From contig JANMKN010000143.1 in NCBI GenBank assembly GCA_031372065.1, positions 1-34,746 on the forward strand: a stretch of DNA of 34,746 bases, given 5' to 3'. Numbering within the stretch: the stretch's first letter is position 1; each line of letters starts with the position of its first letter. The DNA comes from Abditibacteriaceae bacterium (lineage in GTDB: Bacteria > Armatimonadota > Abditibacteriia > Abditibacteriales > Abditibacteriaceae). Of the stretch, positions 9,850-19,100 are shown in pieces. The translations under genes and the position numbers were made by a program. Below the pieces are notes generated by a model, which was not told where the DNA came from, ran no database searches, and saw nothing but the letters and a program-made list of their open reading frames with translations.

Positions 9850-10971
9850 ATGACTGATGAAGTCGCACTTCAACTTTCCAAAATCTTAATCGTAGATGAT
9901 GAAGAAGCGAATGTTCGCTTGCTTGAACGCACTTTGCAGCGTTGGGGATATACCAATTTGGTGGCTACCACAGATTCCCGCGAAACGGTGTCGCTGTTTG
10001 AGCAGCATCGTCCCGATTTAATCTTGTTGGATTTGATGATGCCACACATTGACGGTTTTACAGTGATGGAATCCATCAAGGCCCTGCTTCCCGAAGGCGT
10101 ATTTTTGCCGATTTTAGTGCTAACGGCTGATTCCAACCCTCAAGTCAAGAGGCGCGCTTTATCGGCGGGCGCCAAAGATTTCTTAACCAAACCGTTCGAT
10201 CAAACCGAATTGCTTTTGCGCATCATGAATATGCTCGAAACGCGATTTCTGCATCTGGAGTTGGCGAATCAAAATCAAATCCTCGAACAAAAAGTCGCCG
10301 AACGCACGCGCGACTTGGCGGCCTCGCAATTGGAAATTTTAGACCGCTTGGCGCAAGCAGCGGAATATCGGGATGATGATACCGGCCAGCATACGAATCG
10401 CGTGGGCTATATTGCGGCGTTGGTCGCGCAAACAATGCAACTGCCCCCGGCGCGTGTTGAATTGATTCGCCGCGCGGCTCCACTGCATGATGTGGGCAAA
10501 ATTGGCGTGCCAGACAACATTTTGCTTAAACCGGGCCGCCTCACGCCGGAAGAATTTGAAATCATTAAACCTCACACCACCATCGGCGCCGCGCTGCTTT
10601 CCGGCGGGCATTCAAAGATGGTAAAAATGGCCGAATCTATTGCGCTTACTCATCACGAACGCTGGGATGGTAACGGCTATCCGACAGGTTTAAAAGGCGA
10701 GGAGATTCCACTGGAAGGGCGTATTGTCTCCATTGCGGATGTGTTTGATGCCCTTTCTCATGACCGTCCCTACAAAAAGGCTTGGCCTTTGGAAGATTGC
10801 GTGGCTGAGATAGAACGCAATGGTGGGCGCCAGTTTGACCCGCAGGTTGTCGCAGCGTTTTTGGAATTATGGCACAGTGGCGCCTTAAAAGCAGCGGCAG
10901 AAGGCAAGGATTTAACACTCTCCATTGAGCCGATGCCCTACGAACTGGCAGGACAAACGCATAGGATTTGA
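9850..10971 (+). CDS. Response regulator with HD-GYP c-di-GMP phosphodiesterase domain (RpfG-like)
   Basis: REC domain ILIVDDEE...LLDLMMP...[35 protein letters not shown] 9850 preferred over GTG 9832. Confidence 0.94.
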   Translation: MTDEVALQLSKILIVDDEEANVRLLERTLQRWGYTNLVATTDSRETVSLFEQHRPDLILLDLMMPHIDGFTVMESIKALLPEGVFLPILVLTADSNPQVKRRALSAGAKDFLTKPFDQTELLLRIMNMLETRFLHLELANQNQILEQKVAERTRDLAASQLEILDRLAQAAEYRDDDTGQHTNRVGYIAALVAQTMQLPPARVELIRRAAPLHDVGKIGVPDNILLKPGRLTPEEFEIIKPHTTIGAALLSGGHSKMVKMAESIALTHHERWDGNGYPTGLKGEEIPLEGRIVSIADVFDALSHDRPYKKAWPLEDCVAEIERNGGRQFDPQVVAAFLELWHSGALKAAAEGKDLTLSIEPMPYELAGQTHRI

Positions 10972-11066
10972 GCAGTCCTATCTTTGTGAGTGACTTGCGC
11001 ACGCCCTGCTACAGCATCTGGCGTGTCCAGTCGGTGAGCTTTTGGGGTTGACTACGTTGCGGCGGC

Positions 11067-11199
11067 TAAAAGCCTATCCGAATAGGGAATAGTGTCTGCT
11101 TGGAGTCCGCCCAAAGGGCACCCGGCGTCCTGCCCGCTCCGGCTTTGAAAAAAGCGGGCGAGACGCCCGCGCTCCATTTTCCTATTTGGATAGGTTCTA
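11067..11199. repeat. Small IR-bounded element containing a REP-like GC-rich palindrome
   Basis: Terminal cctatccgaatagggaa pairs with ttcctatttggatagg. Internal ggcgtcctgcccgct...agcgggcgagacgcc stem. Confidence 0.6.
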
Positions 11200-11233
11200 A
11201 AGGGCGCGGTTGATGCCAATGGATAAAGTCCAG

Positions 11234-11320
11234 CTAAGAAGCTGTTTGAAAAGTCTTAATTTGGGCAGGTTTAGAATGAAATTCGCTACTATGCAAACGA
11301 CTTCCCAAACAGATTCTTAG
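11234..11320. mobile_element. MITE-like 87-bp element with 22-bp terminal inverted repeats
   Basis: ctaagaagctgtttgaaaagtc (11234-11255) vs reverse complement of 11299-11320 ctaagaatctgtttgggaagtc: 19/22 identical. No coding capacity. Confidence 0.5.
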
Positions 11321-11514
11321 GGCAACGATAGGTGGATCGTTAAAACTGTCTGGCCGCGCGGAGTGTCGAAATTATTGTTTTGAACCCGTGCTGGAAAAGT
11401 GCGTCCCGTCGCGGCTGTTAGGCGACTGTCGAACGATGGTTTGTCGCCCAATTCCCTTTTGGGAAAACACATTATAGAACGCCGCTTTATAGAAGCGGCC
11501 ATTGAAACACATCA

Positions 11515-13449
11515 ATGACTTCACGGCTTCGTTTTCTCCTTCTTTCACCTTTGGCCGCACTGCCTTTTGCGAGCGTGGCGCACGCCGACGAACCAAAATT
11601 GCCGTCCACACTGCGCGATTCGACTTTGCAACAACAATTGTTGGAAGCGCGGCGCGATATGAATTCGCTGGCGGGGCGCCGTCCCAATTTATGGGGCGAA
11701 TCGCCTTTTGAACATCGCTCGCCTCTGCAAGCCGCCGATGATGGCACGGTTTCCAAGGGCGAATTTATGAATGCATTGAGCGACCAAGCGCCGATGCTCG
11801 GTGCCTTGCGCGATTGGCGCAACACGATGCGCGGGCGCGATGCGCGCGGCGGCAAAAGCGGCCTGCGCAGTTTCGGTTTGGGCACGCCGCAAGGCACCAA
11901 AGCCACGCTCCATTTGGGCGCGCAGCCCCTGCCGCAAATGGGCTTGGCGAATCTGTCGGGCATGGCGCTCGGCGGCGAGGCCTCGGCTTCGGTGGCGCAG
12001 TGGGGACGCGTGCAGTTCGGCTCAACCAAACCGATGTTGGCCCTCAATCGCGCCTTTAAAAAATATGATGACCTGATGGAAGACCAAACGCCCGATGTTA
12101 AAACTTACACGCCAGATGTGACGTGGCTTTCGGCGCGGGCGTGGGAAAACACAGCGCAGCGCGGCAACCTCGACTTTTTGGCGGCGCGCGGTCAACGCTC
12201 GTTATTGGCCGATGCGCAACTGGGCACTAATCCCCTCGGCAGCGTGTGGGGCGGGCGCGGCCAAATGGCGCTGTTTCCGCAGCGCTTGAAAAATTGGAAT
12301 CTGCGTGGCGAATGGCTGGGCAGTCGCTTGAAAGATCAAAACCAAAGCGCCAAAGCGTGGAATGTAAATGTGGATGGCCCGCTGGCGCATCCCTTTGGGC
12401 AGGCGCGCGTCAGCGCCGGAATCAGCGAAACCGACGCAGGTTTTGCACCGTTCACTGACCCTTCAGCTCTCGCCAACGCGCAAAATACCGAAAAACGCAC
12501 GCGCGAACAAGTTATGGTGGCGCAGGATGCCAAGTTGGGCTTGCCGATTGGCCTTTTAAGTGGCACGGCCAGTTTCACAGCGGCGCGCTCGAATCGCAAA
12601 AACCTCGCAGATGAAGCGAATACAGTTCTTGAATCGCGTCAAACGCAAACCGATGAATTAACGGGCATCGCCGATGTGCGCTGGCAATTGGTGCCGCGTT
12701 TGGCCGTTACCGGCAAGCATACACGCGGCACGATTTACGAAGCCAAACCCGACGCGCCCGCTTTGCCGGAAAATTTCACCAGCCGTAACGACAGCGATGC
12801 CGGTGTGGAATTGAAGATGTCCAAAAGTCTGGCGCTCACAATGGGCGCCGGTCAAACGCGCGTCGGCAACATGGTTTTACCGTCCGATGAAAAACTCGAT
12901 CCGCTTTCGGCCTCGCTGCGCGACGAAGAACGCGTGACGCTGGGTTTGCAGCATCGCACACGCGGCGGCAATTGGAGCGTGGGCGTGGCGCGGCGCCTGA
13001 TTGATAACAACACGCTCGACGGTGCTGCAACCACGGCTGGCGCGGGCGATGCGTTGGCGCACACCGTCAACCTGAATGCCGAGCGACGCTTTTTTGACTG
13101 GCTTAACCTGCGGGGCGGTTGGAGTTGGAACAACGAAGACGCTTTTGCGCGTGGCAGCGACGGCCTGATTTCTCCTTCCACGGTGCGTTCGCAAGGACGA
13201 TTGGCCGAAGCGCAAATTTCGCTGCCGTTTCGCAGCCGTTTTGATGTGCGATATCAAGATTACGCGCAGGAAAACATCGCGGGCGTATCGTATTCCACTA
13301 TGGCCGGTGCCCTGCGCGAATACGGCGCGAAATATCTCATCGGCGCGCAAGACGGACAGGCCGGTTTCGGATTCTCCGTCGAATACGCCCGCCGCGAAAC
13401 TGGCGCCGACCCACTCAATACTTGGCGCGTCGGTTTGACGTATCGGTAA
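11515..13449 (+). CDS. Secreted hypothetical protein, probable outer-membrane beta-barrel
   Basis: Signal peptide ending SVAHA-DE, many amphipathic beta-strand-like segments, C-terminus WRVGLTYR resembling a barrel signature. Confidence 0.6.
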   Translation: MTSRLRFLLLSPLAALPFASVAHADEPKLPSTLRDSTLQQQLLEARRDMNSLAGRRPNLWGESPFEHRSPLQAADDGTVSKGEFMNALSDQAPMLGALRDWRNTMRGRDARGGKSGLRSFGLGTPQGTKATLHLGAQPLPQMGLANLSGMALGGEASASVAQWGRVQFGSTKPMLALNRAFKKYDDLMEDQTPDVKTYTPDVTWLSARAWENTAQRGNLDFLAARGQRSLLADAQLGTNPLGSVWGGRGQMALFPQRLKNWNLRGEWLGSRLKDQNQSAKAWNVNVDGPLAHPFGQARVSAGISETDAGFAPFTDPSALANAQNTEKRTREQVMVAQDAKLGLPIGLLSGTASFTAARSNRKNLADEANTVLESRQTQTDELTGIADVRWQLVPRLAVTGKHTRGTIYEAKPDAPALPENFTSRNDSDAGVELKMSKSLALTMGAGQTRVGNMVLPSDEKLDPLSASLRDEERVTLGLQHRTRGGNWSVGVARRLIDNNTLDGAATTAGAGDALAHTVNLNAERRFFDWLNLRGGWSWNNEDAFARGSDGLISPSTVRSQGRLAEAQISLPFRSRFDVRYQDYAQENIAGVSYSTMAGALREYGAKYLIGAQDGQAGFGFSVEYARRETGADPLNTWRVGLTYR

Positions 13450-13466
13450 AGCGGGCAAAGAAATTG

Positions 13467-13494
13467 AAAAGCGAGGCTAATGCCTCGCTTTTTT
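13467..13494 (+). terminator. Intrinsic terminator
   Basis: aaaagcgaggc-taat-gcctcgctttttt just after the 13449 stop. Confidence 0.85.
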
Positions 13495-13515
13495 GTTATT
13501 TGTGGCAGCCTGTTC

Positions 13516-13663
13516 TAAAATCTAATCGTTTCCCCAATTTGTCTTTCCATTTCTCTTCATGCCTAAATGGGTTCGCTTCCTTTTGTTGTTGGCTCTCGCG
13601 TGGCTTGGTTTTGGCGCGGTGCTTTATGCGTGGGGCGCCATGTTGCGTCCGCCGCTGAGTAAG
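13516..13663 (+). repeat. Direct repeat copy 1 (left boundary of island)
   Basis: Ungapped match to 21819-21966 with 17 mismatches in 148 nt by manual alignment. Confidence 0.95.
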
Positions 13664-13666
13664 TAG
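13559..13666 (+). pseudogene. Truncated 5' copy (35 codons) of the ABC SBP-permease gene
   Basis: MPKWVRFLLLLALAWLGFGAVLYAWGAMLRPPLSK* vs MPKWVRFLLFVALAWLGFGAVLYAWGAMLRPSLSKT... at 21862. Confidence 0.85.
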
Positions 13667-13740
13667 GATGACGTTAGGTGGTGCATGAAAGAAAATATCC
13701 AAGAAGTCTTTTTGTGCGCATATTAGTTCACTTGCCTTGC

Positions 13741-13749
13741 TGCTATACT
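13741..13749 (+). promoter_or_regulatory. Candidate extended -10 promoter for the island
   Basis: tgctatact (TGnTATACT) about 50 nt upstream of the 13801 ORF. Confidence 0.4.
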
Positions 13750-13800
13750 GGGCTAATCTGGCGCACTGGGGTATAGATTGCAATTGAAACTTAATTCGAG

Positions 13801-15984
13801 GTGAATTCATTGTCTAATTCTGCGCAATCGTTTTCAGCCGACACTTTAGTTATTTTTATCGGCCACAGCGATGATGCCGTTGCGGAAGCCCATGCCATTC
13901 GTGGGCTTGAAATGGATTTGCAGCGCGAATTAGAGCGTTGGCAACGCCATGCTCAAAACACACTGCCATTCAAGACGGTGCGGATGTGGGAGTGGAATTA
14001 TGATGCGCCCCCGTTAGTAGGCGGGCAGGACAAGGTAATCACTCCCGCCGTAGAACGCGCTAATGTGGCCGTATTTGTTTTCAAAGAACGTATTGGAAAA
14101 ATAACGTGGGAAGAATTGGAACTTTCCCGCACGAAACCAAACGCGCCCATTTCAATATTGGTATTTTTTCCATCAACTGAAAAAACAGCCAAAAACGGGG
14201 TGGAATTAGAGAATAAGAAACTCGAATTAACTGCCGATTGGAACTTGCCGGGTTCACGGGCACTTCGCCCCATAGAGCCTTACAATGACATTTCTCATCT
14301 CCGAGGAATTGCATTAGAGCAGTTAAAGAATGCCATTGACCAAGTTATTCATGCCCATTCAGCGGCCTCCTCGACAACCAAAGCGGAAAATCCGTCTGAC
14401 CCGCCGCCTCAGGAAAAGTCAAACCTTGTTGTAAAAAATCAATTTCACTCGCAAACCAAGGAAACCATCATGTCTGAAAAACCCATTCCCACCGAAGATG
14501 ACGTTCGGCGTATTATAAAAGAAATCAACGATGGAGATCTTCGCCCCGGTTATCGTTTCATGGCGGTGAATAAATTCACTCGCGACAAGAAAGAGTCTTG
14601 CCATGCGGCTGAACTATTCATGGGTGATTGTTGTGGCTTTGGCAGCGGAGGACTTTTTGAAGCGGTTGAGGACGACGAGGACCTAACTGTTGAACTTGAC
14701 CTTGCCGCCGCGAAAGCCATTACTGACGGTTTGCGCTTAAGTCCGGGGTTGCCAGAGTGTAAATTGCTTTCTGTAAATTTGTCCCTGCCACTGCTTAGGA
14801 AACGCCCCAAATTACTGGATACCGTTGTCGCCTACAAAGATTGCTTTGCAGAAATTCAGCGACCTACAAGTCTGATTTTTGAGCTTCCTGAAGGCATGGA
14901 TGCGATTGAAGATGGCCTTGGATACTCTGACATTGATCGAATAAAAAGTCTTGTAAGCAGTCAGAATAACATCCAACTTGCCATAGATGATTTTCTGGCG
15001 GCCAAATCTCGTATGGATAGCCGCCATATCACAGCGTGTGGCCGCAACTTAGTATGGTTGAAGATGGACTGGAAGTATTTCAGGTCTATGAAGCGTGATG
15101 AAGACCGGAAACAGGCCTTTATAGATGAACTGAACAATCCAAAGAGAATTACCTTTGATGTCGTTCTTGAAGGCGTTGCAACTGAGGCCGATAAGATATG
15201 GCTTGCCGCTCAAATCGCGCCTTCTGAGATTCCTGACCAGAGAATTTGCATTCAGGGTTTTGGCGTTAAGTGCCCGAACCAAAAGGTGCCGCCACCCCCT
15301 CCTCCCGTTCCCACTAATGGCGATTCGACAACACGCTCTCCAGTGCGGCGGACAACACAATCAGGACAGCTTAATTCTGCCCAATTGTTTTCTGCCGACA
15401 CGTTAGTTGTTTTTATTGGCTACAGCGACGATGCTGGGGCGGAGGCCCAAGCGATTCGTGAACTTCAAATGGAGTTGCAGCGCGAGTTGGATAGTTTTCA
15501 ACAAGTGGCACGCCATATCTTGCCATTTAAGGCCGTGAAAATGTGGGATTGGCGGCAGGATTCTCTACCACTTGTTGGCGGACCAGAGGCAATGATTAAG
15601 CCTGCTCTACGGCGTGCAAACATCGCCGTATTCGTGTTTAAAGAACGGGTAGGTGAAGTAACTTGGAATGGGTTAGAATTTTCTCGTGAAAGAGAAGGGA
15701 AAGATGCTATTCCTGTTTTGGCTTGCTTTCCCCACAATGCTCCTGAGAATATGAATGACCCTAATGTTGCTCTGGCATGGGTTGATCTCCTTTCCAAGAA
15801 AAGGAGCATATTGGATGGTTCGAGAGCACTCCTGCCCCTTCAACCTTACAATGACGTAAACCATCTGAAAGATATTGCCTTTCAAATGTTGAAGCGGGCA
15901 CTTCATCAAGTTCTCATCGCCGCTCAGAGTGATGATTCAACCACCTCGTCAGCGGGCTCCCTGACACAGCCTGCACAGCGGTGA
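13801..15984 (+). CDS. TIR/DUF4062-like - EAL - TIR/DUF4062-like fusion protein
   Basis: Two paralogous domains (LVIFIGHSDD...ANVAVFVFKERIGKITWEELE; LVVFIGYSDD...ANIAVFVFKERVGEVTWNGLE) flank an EAL-like domain with AELF, SVNLS, IFELPE, AIDDF, LKMD, VLEGV, IQGFG. Confidence 0.75.
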   Translation: MNSLSNSAQSFSADTLVIFIGHSDDAVAEAHAIRGLEMDLQRELERWQRHAQNTLPFKTVRMWEWNYDAPPLVGGQDKVITPAVERANVAVFVFKERIGKITWEELELSRTKPNAPISILVFFPSTEKTAKNGVELENKKLELTADWNLPGSRALRPIEPYNDISHLRGIALEQLKNAIDQVIHAHSAASSTTKAENPSDPPPQEKSNLVVKNQFHSQTKETIMSEKPIPTEDDVRRIIKEINDGDLRPGYRFMAVNKFTRDKKESCHAAELFMGDCCGFGSGGLFEAVEDDEDLTVELDLAAAKAITDGLRLSPGLPECKLLSVNLSLPLLRKRPKLLDTVVAYKDCFAEIQRPTSLIFELPEGMDAIEDGLGYSDIDRIKSLVSSQNNIQLAIDDFLAAKSRMDSRHITACGRNLVWLKMDWKYFRSMKRDEDRKQAFIDELNNPKRITFDVVLEGVATEADKIWLAAQIAPSEIPDQRICIQGFGVKCPNQKVPPPPPPVPTNGDSTTRSPVRRTTQSGQLNSAQLFSADTLVVFIGYSDDAGAEAQAIRELQMELQRELDSFQQVARHILPFKAVKMWDWRQDSLPLVGGPEAMIKPALRRANIAVFVFKERVGEVTWNGLEFSREREGKDAIPVLACFPHNAPENMNDPNVALAWVDLLSKKRSILDGSRALLPLQPYNDVNHLKDIAFQMLKRALHQVLIAAQSDDSTTSSAGSLTQPAQR

Positions 15985-16136
15985 TTGAAACTCTGCGAAA
16001 AGCAGAATTCCGAAATTGGAAGTTGATTATTGAAGGAATAGAAAACCAAGACGACAAGAGTTTTCTGGCCGACCAGTTAAAGGCTGTTAGCGTGCCGAAG
16101 ACTGTCTACATTCAAGGCTTTGGCATGGAGTGCTGA
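15984..16136 (+). pseudogene. Remnant C-terminus of a second EAL domain
   Basis: Manual translation IETLRKAEFRNWKLIIEGIENQDDKSFLADQLKAVSVPKTVYIQGFGMEC* aligns with IDELNNPKRITFDVVLEGVATEADKIWLAAQI...ICIQGFGVKC in the upstream gene. Confidence 0.8.
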
Positions 16137-16164
16137 GGCACGTCAAGCAAAAGAGAGACTCACG

Positions 16165-19100
16165 ATGCCTGAACAAAACAACTTTTCCGATGCTCCCTCT
16201 GATGCTCTGATCATCTTTATTGGTTACAGCGACGATGCCCTCGCTGAGGCTCAGGCTATTATCGCTTTATCCGTAAAGGTGCAGGAAAAGTTACTTGCTC
16301 GGAGGTTGCCCAACGATGACTCATTTCCGTTTAAATCAGTGAAAATGTGGGAATGGAGAGCCGATTCCACTTTATACCCTGGTGGACAAAAAGGAGTTGA
16401 TTCTGCATTGCAGCGTGCAGACATCGCAGTATTCGTCTTCAAGGAACGAGTGGGGGATGGAACATGGGGAGAATTAGAACGCTGCTGCCAACGGGAAGAT
16501 AATAAGATCATTCCTGTGTTGGCTTGTTTTCCCGCACAACAACCACCTTGTTTAAATGAGGTCGCCGCTGCCGAAGATTGGGTAGAACTCTTAAAAAAGT
16601 GCCAGAGTTTAGTAGATTGGCAACAGGCTGGTTCTATGGCTCTAAAGCCAATTGAGAAATACCGCGATACGGAACACCTCAAAGAAATTATTTTGGAGCA
16701 GGTGGAAAAATCCCTAACGTATGTGATAAGTGCTAAGACCATAGTTTCGCAAGGGATGAGCATTATCCCCCAACCACGTTCTTTGATTGACAATTACGAT
16801 CCTCAACTCTCCTTTGACAAACAGCGAGCTTCAATGTATGAAATTGCTGATCTTGATCAAGCTTTTATTGAAAGGCTATTAAATACAAAGGCATCACAGC
16901 CAATATTGTTGTCGCGTGTAGGGAAGTCTCAAATAGAGAGAACAGATTGGGATAGGTGCCTTAATATATTAGGGTGCGTTTCATTAGGTAAGCCAAATGT
17001 GGGAGCCTTGTTGTGTATGGCACCTATTGACCTTTTGGCTAATCATTTTGAATGTTGTGGCTTACAAAGGGTGATTTACAGCGGCACAACGCGGGGGCAA
17101 TCATCTGCAAGCCTTCACTTAGAAACAGGCAACCTGATTGAATTATTTGAAAAAGGAAAGGTATGGTTGCTAACGGGCGCGGGTTTGCGACATCAAGGTC
17201 GGGTGCGCACAGAGGAGCGAGACGATTTGGAGATTCCAGACGAGGTTCTTCAAGAGGCACTGGCAAATGCTCTTATTCACCGTAACTACACTGACGATGA
17301 TCTCAGAAACGAACCAGTTCGGTTGGAGGTCTTTTCGGATAGGATTGTGATCACTAGCCCCGGTAATTTGCCACCGGTTGTAAATGTAGAAGATCTTAAT
17401 GGAGATGCTGAGAACGTCACACCTAAGCGCCCAAACCCTATAATTGCAAAGATTTTTCAATTTATGACATTTGTTGATTTGAATGGCAGCGGTGTATCAC
17501 ATATGCAAAACCTGATGAAAGCCGCATCTCTGCCCAAACCTGAATTCGTTAATAATATCGAAGGGGAATACGTTAAAGTAACTTTATGGCGACCTAAAGA
17601 TTGGGGCGATGATGACAATGGGCCAAAGATTTCCTCAGGTCAAGTAGGCGAGCTATATAATGCCCTTCCCTCATCGCGGCGGCCAGCACAATCAGGACAG
17701 CCACGCCGGAGGAATCGCCGAACAATGCAAAGAGATGGCGAACCTAAAACGCAGCTCCTTCTCAATACACCGACTGTTACAAAAACTGTCGCCATTAGTT
17801 CAGCGACGCAAGATTGGCATGGTGATACCACGAAGTTCCGTAGTGCGGTGATCGAGGCTTGTCTCAGGGTTGGCGCGACTCCTAAATTTATTAATAACGT
17901 GGACGCTACGGATGGCGAGGCCATCATGCAATCCTGTGCCCTGATTGAGCAGGCAGATGTCTTCATTGGCCTTATTGCCCATCAATACGGCTACGTTCCA
18001 AAAGAAGACAACCCGCATGGAATTTCTTTGGTAGAAATGGAATATGAGTTAGCTGTGGCAAAAGGCATTCCAATTTTTATCTTCTTGCCCGACGAAGATG
18101 TTCCGTTTCGTCCCAAAGATATGGATGTCGGCGAAGCAGAAGGCAAACTAAACGCCTTTAAAACCAGACTTGGACAGCGACACCAATGCACAGAAGTCTC
18201 TGGAGCCGGGGATTTGCGTGGTAAGGTTGTGCAAACACTCTCACAACCGGAACTTCGGTCTACAAATACCTCATTGCATTTTGTCGCCGAGATTCCACCC
18301 AAACCCAAAGATTATGTTGCTCACGATTATGCTTTGCTGGCTAACAATAAGTTATTTGGACGCCAACGGGAAATGAATTTACTAACCGACTGGATTGTCA
18401 CTTCAGATTCGGAAGTTTATAAGTCCCACGTTTTAACGGTTCTGGCCTTTGGTGGTATGGGCAAAAGTGCCTTAACGTGGAAGTGGTTCAACGATGTTGC
18501 GCCGTTTGAAGCCCCGCAGTGGCAAGGACGCATTTGGTGGAGTTTTTATGAAAGCGATTCCAGTTTTGACAACTTCGTAGCGCGGACATTGGCCTATGTC
18601 ACCGGGCAACCGGAATCCGCTGTGCGCCAATTGTCGTCGTCTCAACGGGCAGACAGGCTCTTTTCTGAATTGAACCAAAACAATTATCTTTTGGTTTTGG
18701 ATGGCGTGGAACGCATTCTCAATGCTTATGCGCGTTTAGATGCCTCGCGTATGGCCGACTCCGACTTGGACGAACAAACCGACCACTATGTGAAAAATGC
18801 TTTATTAGGCGAAGAAATGCCCGCGACACAACGCATCGGCAAAAACTGGCTGCGCATGGCTACCGACCCAACGGCACGATTATTTTTTCGCAAGCTGGCC
18901 GGGTTACGTAAATCGCGGGTTTTGATTAGCAGCCGTCTCTACCCTTCCGATTTACAAGAGGGCACCGGCTTACCCAAACCCGGCACCAACGCGCTGTTTT
19001 TAGGTGGGTTGACCGATGCCGACGCAGTTGAAATGTGGCGTGCTTCCAGAGCTACGGGTTCGCGCGATAAGCTGTTGGCGCTTTTCAAAACGTTTCGCAA

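Noticed and set aside
13496..13810. Minus-strand ORFs 13496-13810 and 21676-22041 that resemble each other
   Set aside because: The similarity is just the antisense reading of the 148-bp direct repeat; differences are mostly synonymous in the plus-strand frame.
16120..16164. TTG start of the 1848-aa ORF
   Set aside because: Overlaps the EAL remnant. ATG 16165 has a purine-rich RBS and better matches the start of the paralogous domain.
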